Shown piece after piece: positions 8,201 through 16,383 of a stretch of DNA of 64,000 nucleotides. Below the pieces are notes generated by a model, which searched no databases, was not told the DNA's origin, and saw only the letters and a program-made list of their open reading frames with translations. The position numbers and the translations under genes are program-made. The stretch lies in NCBI GenBank assembly GCA_031362685.1, contig JANLSZ010000129.1, positions 44,191 to 108,190 of the forward strand, given 5' to 3'. This stretch comes from Vicinamibacteria bacterium. GTDB taxonomy: Bacteria > Acidobacteriota > Vicinamibacteria > Fen-336 > JAGNNV01. Positions within the stretch are counted from its first letter, which is position 1. Every line of letters begins with the position of its first letter.

Positions 8201-8991
8201 GCCGCCTTCTCCTTCCACCGGAAGGCCACGTTCCAGAACAGTCGAATCGCCCCGTCCGTGATGAGGCCGATACCGCCGATCACGAACAGGCCGGCGAACG
8301 ACCATGACGCCTTCTGATGCGTCCGCGCCAGTTCGACCATGTAGCCAAGACCATGTTCGGGGTTGACGGCCTCGGCGAGGATGACGTACGTCCACGAGAT
8401 CGCGTTCATGACCCGGAACGAATCACAGATCTCCGGCAGGGCGGCCGGCACAAGCACGGTTCGAATCACCTGAAACTTGGAGGCGCCGAGGGTGAGTGCG
8501 GTCTGAACCAGTTCCTCCGGCACCGCCCGGACCGCGGTTACCACCACCGGGAGCAGGTACACGAACACGCCCAGAAAGAGAAAGGCGATCTTCTGTTTCT
8601 CGTAGATGCCGAACCACAGGATGAGAAGAGGGATGAAGGCGGAGATGGGCATGTAGCGAAGCGGCGATACCACCGGTTCGAAGATCCGGTTCACGGCTTC
8701 GAAAGAACCCATCAACACGCCCAGGGGCAAAGCCAGGGCGGAGGCCAGAAGGAAGGCGGTGCCGATGCGTCGGGACGAGACCAGGATGGCGCCCCACAGG
8801 TCGTATTCGATGAAGAGCTGGAGAATCCCGCGCAGCACTTCGGTGGGCGAGGGCAGGAAGTCGGGTGGCGCAAAACCGCCGTAGGACAGCCCGCACCACG
8901 CGCCGAACAGAATGACCGGTGAAACCAGCCCCAGGGCGAACGATGTGCCCTGGGGCAGGTTCGTGCGCAGGCCGAAAAGGTCCCGGGCCAT
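8197..8991 (-). CDS. ABC transporter permease (NitT/TauT family)
   Basis: 264 aa and multi-pass hydrophobic. Contains the EAA-loop-like LGASKFQVIRTVLVPAALPEI typical of SsuC/TauC-type permeases. Confidence 0.85.
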   Translation of the reverse strand: MARDLFGLRTNLPQGTSFALGLVSPVILFGAWCGLSYGGFAPPDFLPSPTEVLRGILQLFIEYDLWGAILVSSRRIGTAFLLASALALPLGVLMGSFEAVNRIFEPVVSPLRYMPISAFIPLLILWFGIYEKQKIAFLFLGVFVYLLPVVVTAVRAVPEELVQTALTLGASKFQVIRTVLVPAALPEICDSFRVMNAISWTYVILAEAVNPEHGLGYMVELARTHQKASWSFAGLFVIGGIGLITDGAIRLFWNVAFRWKEKAA

Positions 8992-9026
8992 CTCAGTTCA
9001 AGCGAAAGGTCACCGCGACTTCGCGG

Positions 9027-10655
9027 CTACTGGGCCAGAACGACTTTGATTTCCGTGCGCCGGTTGAGCTGCCGCCCCGCTTCGCTGTCGTTGCTCGCCA
9101 CCGGCTGGGAGGAACCGCGACCGATTGTCTGAAAGCGCGCGGCCTCGATGTTGGGGAAATTCTTCAGGATGTAAGTCCTCACGGCCAGGGCGCGCCGCTC
9201 CGAAAGCGTCATATTGGCGGAAGCGGCTCCGGTGGAGTCGGTGTTTCCTTCCACCCGGAGATAGGTGGCGCCAAACGAGGTCATGGTGTCGCCCAGGGCG
9301 TCGAGGACGAAGAAGGAGCCGGGCATGATCTGGTCGGAACCGGGGGTGAAGTGGATGTCGATCTGCTTGTTGATGATCGCGCGATCCTGTGAGGACGGCG
9401 CCTTGGCCGCCACCTTCGCCTCTTCGACCTTCTCGCCCGGATAGGCCGGAGCCAGCGCGGTGATGAAACGCGTGTCGGCCCAATCCTTGGCGTTGACGGA
9501 CTTGGTCACGAGGCCCTTCTTCCGCCAGATCACGAAAGCGGTGTCGAAGAGGGTCTCGTAGTGGGCGCGGCCGCCGGTGAGGCCGTAGAACTGGGCGTTA
9601 TCGGCGAAGGCGGTGAGCTTGAGTCCGGAGAGCATGCCCGACACCGTCTCGTTGTCGAGCTTCAGCGCCTTCCCCACCACCGCGTACGAACTGGCGGGAT
9701 CCTTGCGCATCATCTCGATGCCCTCGAACCAGCCGTGGACAAAGTCCCGCACGGTCTCGGGGGCGGAGTCGATGATGTCCTGGCGGGCGACCAGAGTGTC
9801 GGCGATGATGTTGGAGGCGGCGATGGTCGAGACCAGGACATGGGCTTCGGCCTCACGCGCGGTGACCGCCCCGGAGAGATCCGGCTCCCAGGTCACCGCC
9901 GCATCCACCTGCTTGGCCTTGAACATGGCGGCGGCGGCGGGAGCATCCTGGGTGAAGATGATGTTCTTCTCCACCGCGGTGCGGTCTTCCGCCGACAGAC
10001 CCGACTGGGAGAGGAGGTAGAGGAGAAGGAAGTGGGAGGGCGTGAACTGGGTGCAACTGATCTTCTTGCCCTTCAGTCCCTCGATCGACTTGATGGTATT
10101 GAGAGAGACGATGCCGTCACCGCCGCGCGACCAGTCCTGCATGATGATGGAGCGGGCCTTCTGGTTCTTCTCGGCCAGGATCGAAGCCTCGCGCGCCCAG
10201 TTGTCAACGGTGTTCCACATGATGTCGACGTCGCCGGTGCTGAAGGCCGCAAGTTTCGCCGCCGGATCCTCGAGCAGGACGAACTTCACATCGAGGCCGA
10301 ATTGCTTCTTGTAGAGGGAGGACGCCGCACCCACATCGAGGCCGCCATTGGCCACGATGCCCGGGGCATGTCCGGCCCAGGTGTTGATCGCGACCACGAG
10401 GGGGCGGGTGAGCTTGCCGCCGCTCGCGAGCACGGCCGCGGTGACGCCGTTCGACCCGGCATTGCGACCCGGATCGGAGGGAGCGTTCTTGAGCCCGCCG
10501 AAGTCGTCGGTGTTCGTGGCGGTCTGAGCGGGCGCCGATTCCTTGCCGCCGGTCGCCCACTTCTTGATGTCGGTCCCGAAGTTCCGAACCCCGAAGTAGA
10601 TGATGGTGAGCCCCAGCACTACCATGATGAGTTTGCCGAGTGGTGTGATCTTCAT
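9027..10655 (-). CDS. ABC substrate-binding protein (NMT1/SsuA-like) fused to a C-terminal OmpA-like peptidoglycan-binding domain
   Basis: 542 aa with an N-terminal signal anchor LIMVVLGLTIIYFGV and a central periplasmic-binding-protein-like region. The C-terminal VEGNTDSTGAASANMTLSERRALAVRTYIL...GRGSSQPVASNDSEAGRQLNRRTEIKV matches the OmpA_C pattern (N.D..G....N..LS..RA..V ... NRR.E). Confidence 0.8.
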   Translation of the reverse strand: MKITPLGKLIMVVLGLTIIYFGVRNFGTDIKKWATGGKESAPAQTATNTDDFGGLKNAPSDPGRNAGSNGVTAAVLASGGKLTRPLVVAINTWAGHAPGIVANGGLDVGAASSLYKKQFGLDVKFVLLEDPAAKLAAFSTGDVDIMWNTVDNWAREASILAEKNQKARSIIMQDWSRGGDGIVSLNTIKSIEGLKGKKISCTQFTPSHFLLLYLLSQSGLSAEDRTAVEKNIIFTQDAPAAAAMFKAKQVDAAVTWEPDLSGAVTAREAEAHVLVSTIAASNIIADTLVARQDIIDSAPETVRDFVHGWFEGIEMMRKDPASSYAVVGKALKLDNETVSGMLSGLKLTAFADNAQFYGLTGGRAHYETLFDTAFVIWRKKGLVTKSVNAKDWADTRFITALAPAYPGEKVEEAKVAAKAPSSQDRAIINKQIDIHFTPGSDQIMPGSFFVLDALGDTMTSFGATYLRVEGNTDSTGAASANMTLSERRALAVRTYILKNFPNIEAARFQTIGRGSSQPVASNDSEAGRQLNRRTEIKVVLAQ

Positions 10656-10745
10656 TGTTTCGTTCTCCGCGTATTTGGACAGGGGGACTTTATCTGAAGT
10701 GGGGCCGAGTCCCCCGCCTCCGGTGCGATGCTCCCCGGGAGCCGC

Positions 10746-12491
10746 CTAGGCCTGATACGAAATCTTCCCGCCCACCACGGTGCGCGCGATCTGGATGTCC
10801 TTGATCTTCTCCACATCGACGGTGTGCGGATCGTCCGCCAGCACCACATAATCCGCCAGCTTTCCCGCGCTGATCGAGCCTTTGATGGTCTCTTCGCCCG
10901 AGGCCCACGCGCCGTTGTAGGTGTTCACTGCGATGGCTTCGGAGACACTGATGCGCTGATTGGCGCCCCAGGTCTTGCCGTCCCATCCTTTGCGCGTCAC
11001 CATGCCCTGAATGCCCATGAGCGGCGCGAAGGGCCCCGGGCTGAAGTCCGATCCTGCGCATGCGTACACCCCGGCATCCAGCATGCTGCGGTAGGCCATG
11101 CAGCGCTTCATCAGTTCCTCGCCGTAGTACACGAACTTGTCGGGGTTGTAGTAGGCGTAGGTGGTGAACATGGCGGGCACCACGCCCAGCGCCTTGATCC
11201 GCTTGACCAGGTCGTCGTTGATGAGGGTGCAGTGGGTGATCTTCGGACGCGCGTCGGCCCGCGGAAACAGCTTCTGCGCGCGTTCGACCGCGGTCAGGAA
11301 ACTGTCGATGGCCACATCGCCGTTGGCGTGCACGTTCACCTGGATGCCTGCGCGGTGCACCCGCTCCACCCAGGCGTTCAAATCCTCCTGCGACTCGGTG
11401 ACGTTGCCCTTGTAGGGGGGCGTCACCCCCGGATAGGGCACGCTCATCGACATGGTGCGCTCCGAGAACGAGCCGTCCACCGTGTGTTCGGAGGTGGCCC
11501 CGAACTTGATCCACTCGTCCCCGAAGCCGGTCCGGATGCCCGCGGTGATCATGGCTTCGAGGGTCGCTCCGCTGGTTTCGAAGCTGATGCGGTGCAAGAG
11601 CTCGCCGCGCGCGCGCACGTCTTGAATGGCGGCGAGGTTGCCGCCCTCGTGGTGGACGCTGGTGAGGCCGTAGCGCGCGAACTGCTTCGAGATATGCGCA
11701 ATGCCGTCGCGGCCCCGCTTCTCGGCCTCGGCGGCGGTGAAGGTGGGCCGCGCGCCCACGTTGCGGAACGGGTCCATGGCCCGGTCGGTCACGCGCCCGT
11801 TGAGCTCGCCGGCCGGATCCTTGTCGTAGGTGCCGCCCATGGGGTTGGGGGTGTTCTTCGTGATACCCGCCATCTCGAAGGCCTTGGTGTTGTAGAAGGA
11901 GGTATGGCCGCCGCGGTGCCGCACCACCACGGGATGGTCTCTCGAGACTTCGTCCAGGTCCTTCGCCTGGAGGCCGCGCGCGTCCTTCACCTTGGTGTCG
12001 TCGAAGAAGTAGCCCTCCACCCACGTACCGGGAGGCGTCTGCTGGGCCTTCGCCTTCAGTTTGGCCACGATGCTCTGAATGGTCACGAACTCCACTTCGA
12101 AGGGGTTGCCCACCAGCACCTCGTAGAGCAGGGTCTCGCCGCCGGCGTGGTTGTGACAGTCGATGAAGCCGGGCACGATGGTCATCTGCCGGGCGTCGAA
12201 GACCTGGGTGTTCTTCCCGAGGAGGCCCTTGATATCCGCGGTCGAGCCCACGGCCGAGAATCGGCTCGCGGTGACGGCGAAGGCCTCCGCGCGCGGGGCG
12301 CGCGAGTCCACCGTGAAGACCTTCGCGTTGATCACGATCAGGTCGGGGTCCTGACCGCCGGCTGCCGCGGGCGGCATGGCCGGAGCCTCGGCGTTCGCGC
12401 CCTTACCAACGAAGGGTGCGCCCACCAGGCCGGCGGCGCCGGCGCCGGTCACGTTCATGAACTCTCTACGGCTGCTGCGGTTTGTGGTCAT
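10746..12491 (-). CDS. Exported amidohydrolase (Amidohydro_3 / YtcJ-like), Tat signal
   Basis: Twin-arginine motif SRREFM, then AGLVGAPFVGKGANA. Metal-site-like motifs FIDCHNHAGG, VNVHANGD and CAGSDFSPG. Start placed at MTTNRSS (12491); the track ORF begins 54 nt upstream. Confidence 0.8.
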   Translation of the reverse strand: MTTNRSSRREFMNVTGAGAAGLVGAPFVGKGANAEAPAMPPAAAGGQDPDLIVINAKVFTVDSRAPRAEAFAVTASRFSAVGSTADIKGLLGKNTQVFDARQMTIVPGFIDCHNHAGGETLLYEVLVGNPFEVEFVTIQSIVAKLKAKAQQTPPGTWVEGYFFDDTKVKDARGLQAKDLDEVSRDHPVVVRHRGGHTSFYNTKAFEMAGITKNTPNPMGGTYDKDPAGELNGRVTDRAMDPFRNVGARPTFTAAEAEKRGRDGIAHISKQFARYGLTSVHHEGGNLAAIQDVRARGELLHRISFETSGATLEAMITAGIRTGFGDEWIKFGATSEHTVDGSFSERTMSMSVPYPGVTPPYKGNVTESQEDLNAWVERVHRAGIQVNVHANGDVAIDSFLTAVERAQKLFPRADARPKITHCTLINDDLVKRIKALGVVPAMFTTYAYYNPDKFVYYGEELMKRCMAYRSMLDAGVYACAGSDFSPGPFAPLMGIQGMVTRKGWDGKTWGANQRISVSEAIAVNTYNGAWASGEETIKGSISAGKLADYVVLADDPHTVDVEKIKDIQIARTVVGGKISYQA

Positions 12492-12510
12492 CGGGTCCTC
12501 TGATGCGTGG

Positions 12511-13257
12511 CTATAGGGGAAAGCGTGTTTTCGCGATGAAGGCATTCACGGCGTCGAGCAAGTGCGCGCTCTGGTCGCGCACGACGAACACCGACTCCTC
12601 GCGCGCGCCGGGCGTGAGGTCGTGGTGGTCGATCAGCACCACTTCGGGCCCATGCGACGGGATCACGGTGCCGTCGAGCGCGTAGTACTCGGCCTCGGCC
12701 ACGGCGTCGAGCCGGCCGTCCGCAAACTGCGCGTACAGCTCGGGGAACGTCGCCGTGGTCACGACGTTCACGCCCCCGGGTGCGCGCCGTCGCAGGTCGC
12801 GTTCGGCGGCCATGCCCTGCACGGCGCCCACCCGCTTGCCCACGAAGTCGTCGATGCGCGCGTAGGCGGCCGCGTCCTTCGGCCGGATGCGCAGGGCGCG
12901 GCGTTCGTAGAGAAACGGCGCGGAGAAGGTGCCGCCCTGGCTCACGCGATCGGGGAAGCTCGCGACATTCGTGGCCACCAGGTCCACCGCGTCCCGGCCC
13001 GCCAGCTCCCAAGACTTGTTGAACGGCACCACCTGCCACACGATACGCAGGCGGTTCTCCCCGGCAAAGCGCTCCACGTACTTCCGAATCCACCGTTGCG
13101 AATCGTAGGGACTCGCGGGCGCGTCGCTGGTGACCGCCACCTTCAGCACCCCCGGTTCGAGGGTGTGAATGCCCGGGGTGGCGGCCCAGGCCGCGGTGCA
13201 CAAGACGAACGCCATGGCCCCGGCCGCGGCGCGCATGAGAGGGCTACTTACGGACAT
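12511..13257 (-). CDS. Periplasmic substrate-binding protein, family 3 (amino-acid/amine type)
   Basis: Signal-like AAGAMAFVLCTAAWA, then an SBP_bac_3-like sequence (LKVAVTSD..., DLVATNVASFPDR, RIDDFVGKRVGAVQG). The start is ambiguous: 13257 overlaps the upstream gene by 14 nt, and 13236 is the alternative. Confidence 0.7.
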   Translation of the reverse strand: MSVSSPLMRAAAGAMAFVLCTAAWAATPGIHTLEPGVLKVAVTSDAPASPYDSQRWIRKYVERFAGENRLRIVWQVVPFNKSWELAGRDAVDLVATNVASFPDRVSQGGTFSAPFLYERRALRIRPKDAAAYARIDDFVGKRVGAVQGMAAERDLRRRAPGGVNVVTTATFPELYAQFADGRLDAVAEAEYYALDGTVIPSHGPEVVLIDHHDLTPGAREESVFVVRDQSAHLLDAVNAFIAKTRFPL

Positions 13258-14266
13258 GCAGCTCGAGCATTTGACGCCGCACCACGCCGCCGTACACGTT
13301 GCCGTCAGGATCGACACCCACGCCCTCGGCCCCCGCGTGCTCTACGGCGAGCGGGTCCATGTCTTCGATGAACGCTTTCACCGAGCCGTCCTTCGCGCTG
13401 CCGATGCGAATGCCTTTCTTGATGCCGGGCAACTCGTGCGCGCCGGTGTCGCGCCCGCCGGATTCGGAGTCGGCTACGTAGATCGTGTCGTCCCTGGTGA
13501 TCACGATCCCGCTGGGCCGGCCGAACTGCCGCCATTCTTCGAGGAAGCGCCCGGTCTGATCGAAAATCTGGATGCGGTTGTTCTCGCGGTCGCCCACGAA
13601 GAGGCGGCCCCGCGAGTCCATGGCCATCGTGTGGGGCTCGCTGAACTGGCCGGGACCGGCGCCCTTGGTACCCCACTCACCGATGTACTTCCCGTCCTTG
13701 GTGAAGTGCACCACCCGGTTGTTGGCCCCGTCGCGGTGGCTGTCGCTCACGAAGAGGTCGCCGCTCGGCGCCACGACCACGTCGGTGGGCTGGTCGAAGT
13801 GCGCCGGCCCGGCGCCGCTGACCCCCTGCGTACCCAGGGTCATCAGCACCTTGCCTTCCGGGCTGAGCTTGATCGCCTGGTGGCCGATGCCGTGGCCGCC
13901 GCGCGCGTCGGTCATCCAGAGATTGCCCTCACGGTCCACCGTGCCGCCGTGCGGAAAGTTGAACAGCCCCTCGCCGAAGCTGCGCAAGAGCTTGCCGGTC
14001 CGGTCGAAGGCCAGGATGGGTGGCTCGGTGCGCCCCTCACAGGAATTGCTCACGCACCGGTGCACCACGTAGATCGTTCCGTCGGGCGCGGGTTCGATGG
14101 CCGTCACCGCGGCCCACTTCACCCCCGACGGAAGCTGGCCCCAGTCGCGCGTGGTGCGGTAAGGCTGGGGCAGATCGTTTCGGGGCGCCACCTGCGCGTG
14201 CGCCGGTGACGGCGCCGCGGCAATCACGAACGCCGTGGCAAGGACGGCCGGCAAGGACTTCCGCAT
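13244..14266 (-). CDS. NHL-repeat beta-propeller protein (peptidyl-alpha-hydroxyglycine lyase-like fold), secreted
   Basis: 340 aa with signal peptide LPAVLATAFVIAAAPSPAHA. Repeated NHL-like units, e.g. GQFSEPHTMAMDSRGRLFVGDRENNRIQIFD, and DVVVAPSGDLFVSDSHRDGANNRVVHF. Confidence 0.75.
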   Translation of the reverse strand: MRKSLPAVLATAFVIAAAPSPAHAQVAPRNDLPQPYRTTRDWGQLPSGVKWAAVTAIEPAPDGTIYVVHRCVSNSCEGRTEPPILAFDRTGKLLRSFGEGLFNFPHGGTVDREGNLWMTDARGGHGIGHQAIKLSPEGKVLMTLGTQGVSGAGPAHFDQPTDVVVAPSGDLFVSDSHRDGANNRVVHFTKDGKYIGEWGTKGAGPGQFSEPHTMAMDSRGRLFVGDRENNRIQIFDQTGRFLEEWRQFGRPSGIVITRDDTIYVADSESGGRDTGAHELPGIKKGIRIGSAKDGSVKAFIEDMDPLAVEHAGAEGVGVDPDGNVYGGVVRRQMLELHVRK

Positions 14267-14435
14267 AGGTTCGAGCGGATCGTACTACGACGACCTGCCC
14301 TTCCTCCTGGCTACTTGTCGCTGACCGGGTTTCGCGGACACACCTCGATGGCGCCGCCGATGACGAGCTTCATGAGGTCGTACCCCGCGGTGGGCAGTCC
14401 CGCGCACGTGCGGCGCGTTCGTATCCGTTGGCTGA

Positions 14436-14915
14436 CTAGGCGCCGGGCACGGGCTCAGGCGCCAGCGCACTCAACAACCGCCCGATCAGCGCCGGAATGG
14501 CCGCGGTAAGAATCGGGCCGATCACCAGCCCGCCTGCACGCGCCATCATGGCCGCTCCCAGAGGCACCACGGTACCTTCCGGAACGTTGAGGGCGTCCCA
14601 GTGTCGGAAGTAGGAGGTCTCAATCCCGGCCGCATAGCTCAGCCAGGTGGCGAGGAAAATAAGAATCTGGCCGAAGAGCCCGATGCTGTAGCCCACCAGG
14701 GCGGTCCCCCCCCAGCCGAATCCACCGATACGCCGGGACAAGGCGCCGAAGTAGACGCAACTGACAACGGTGAGGCCGACGATTGAGACCATCGCGTTCC
14801 CGCGCGGGGCGTAGGGGACGCCGCTCGCGCCGAGCGCGAAACGGATGATGGTGAAGATCACCAGCAGCAGCAAGGGCAGACGAACGAAGCGCAACACACG
14901 AATCACCATGAGCAA
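14436..14915 (-). CDS. Hypothetical integral membrane protein
   Basis: 159 aa with 4-5 hydrophobic spans. No recognised family. Confidence 0.5.
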   Translation of the reverse strand: MLMVIRVLRFVRLPLLLLVIFTIIRFALGASGVPYAPRGNAMVSIVGLTVVSCVYFGALSRRIGGFGWGGTALVGYSIGLFGQILIFLATWLSYAAGIETSYFRHWDALNVPEGTVVPLGAAMMARAGGLVIGPILTAAIPALIGRLLSALAPEPVPGA

Positions 14916-15012
14916 TCCCTCCCAGAGAAGTAACTCCGCCCCAGGCCCTTCGGCGTCTCGAGCGGAGAGTAGATGAGGAAGCGTAACACCACGAAGGTGA
15001 AGGCGAAACCGC

Positions 15013-15168
15013 TTACCTGGTCAGGCCGTAGTACACGACGTAGAACCATCCGAAGACTCCATGGATAGCGGCCCAGGTCAGGGACCGGTGCAGACTCCAC
15101 GAGATCGTGATGGCGAGCGCGGTGCCGAATGAGATCCCGGCTTTTGCGACTTCGGTTCTGGCAGCCAT
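15013..15168 (-). CDS. Small hydrophobic protein (51 aa)
   Basis: Internal ATG of the 15013..15567 track ORF, preceded by a strong SD (AAGGAGGCGGCT then ATG on the minus strand). Product MAARTEVAKAGISFGTALAITISWSLHRSLTWAAIHGVFGWFYVVYYGLTR has two hydrophobic helices. The upstream part of the long ORF is Arg/Gly-rich junk that overlaps qor. Confidence 0.5.
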   Translation of the reverse strand: MAARTEVAKAGISFGTALAITISWSLHRSLTWAAIHGVFGWFYVVYYGLTR

Positions 15169-15260
15169 AGCCGCCTCCTTCCTGTTTTGACCCTGTGAAC
15201 CTAGCACCATCCCGTTGGGCGCGCGCGGAACGCGCCGGGGGCGGATTTCACAGGGGACTT

Positions 15261-16262
15261 TCAGTCGACAGAAGGCAGCAGAACCGTGGAGCCCGTGGTC
15301 TTGCGCGCCTCCAGAGCGATGTGCGCCTCCCGCACGTCCTTCAGGGCAAACCTCTGATCGATGCGGATCTTCACCTTTCCGCTCGTCACAACATCGAACA
15401 GGTCGTCCGCCATCTCCTGATTCGCCGCACGCGTGGCGATATGCGTGAACAGCACCTGGCGCGTCACGTATAGCGAGCCCTTGCCCCCCAGGAGGCCGGG
15501 CGCAAACGGCGCCGGGGGCCCGGACGAATTGCCGAAGCTCGCCATCAGACCGAACGGCCGCAGGCAATCAAGCGACCGGTCCCATGTGTCCTTGCCGACC
15601 GAGTCGTACACCACCTTCACTCCCATTCCAGAGGTGATCTCCTTCACCCGCGGCAGGAAGTCTTCCTTGTTGTAGTTGATGACGTGGGCCGCGCCGAGTT
15701 CCTTCGCGAGCGCGCACTTCTCGTCCGACCCCGCGGTGCCGATGAGCTGCAGACCCAGGGCCTTCGCCCACTGGCACGCAATCAGCCCGACCCCGCCCGC
15801 GGCCGCGTGGAACAGGACGAAGTCGCCGGGGTGCAGACCGCCCTGCGGCTGCGTGCGCTTGAGCAGGTATTGCGCGGTCAGACCCTTGAGCATCATCGCG
15901 GCGCCGGTCTCGAAGGAGATCGCGTCGGGCAGCTTGCAGACGGGCTGCGCGGGCATCACGCGCCGCTCGCAGTAGCTGCCCGGCGGGCCGCCGGCATACG
16001 CCGCGCGGTCACCCGCTTTCAGATGGGTGACGCCCTCACCGACCGCTTCCACCACACCAGCTCCTTCCATGCCCAGCGACAGTGGCAACGGCAGGGGATA
16101 CAAGCCGGTGCGATGGTAGACGTCGATGAAATTCAGGCCGATCGCATGGTGCCTGATCCGAATCTCGCCGGGGCCGGGTTCGCCGACGGTGAGATCGACG
16201 AGCTTCAACTGCTCGGGGCCCCCGGTCTGTTCGATGCGGACGGTCTTGCTGGAATGGGTCAT
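15261..16262 (-). CDS. qor: NADPH:quinone oxidoreductase (zeta-crystallin-type MDR)
   Basis: 333 aa. Zinc-free MDR pattern with the GroES-like N-domain (PGPGEIRIRHHAIGLNFIDVYHRTGLYP) and nucleotide-binding AAAGGVGLIACQWAKALG. Confidence 0.85.
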   Translation of the reverse strand: MTHSSKTVRIEQTGGPEQLKLVDLTVGEPGPGEIRIRHHAIGLNFIDVYHRTGLYPLPLPLSLGMEGAGVVEAVGEGVTHLKAGDRAAYAGGPPGSYCERRVMPAQPVCKLPDAISFETGAAMMLKGLTAQYLLKRTQPQGGLHPGDFVLFHAAAGGVGLIACQWAKALGLQLIGTAGSDEKCALAKELGAAHVINYNKEDFLPRVKEITSGMGVKVVYDSVGKDTWDRSLDCLRPFGLMASFGNSSGPPAPFAPGLLGGKGSLYVTRQVLFTHIATRAANQEMADDLFDVVTSGKVKIRIDQRFALKDVREAHIALEARKTTGSTVLLPSVD

Positions 16263-16383
16263 GGTGTAGTCCTGCGGTGAATCAATCGCGGCCTATCGTG
16301 CCATGTTGCCCGCTTGAGAGCCGAATTGCGCCAACCTGTCCCGCAGTTGGAATTGAGACTCTTCCCGGCCGAAGGGACCCTCC

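Noticed and set aside
10690-12503. Long ORFs 10690..12024 (-) and 10728..12503 (+) overlapping the amidohydrolase gene
   Set aside because: Their translations are Arg/Gly/His/Pro-rich with no motifs, and they run antisense to or out of frame with a gene that has clear Amidohydro_3 motifs and a Tat signal. This is the usual open-frame artefact of GC-rich DNA.
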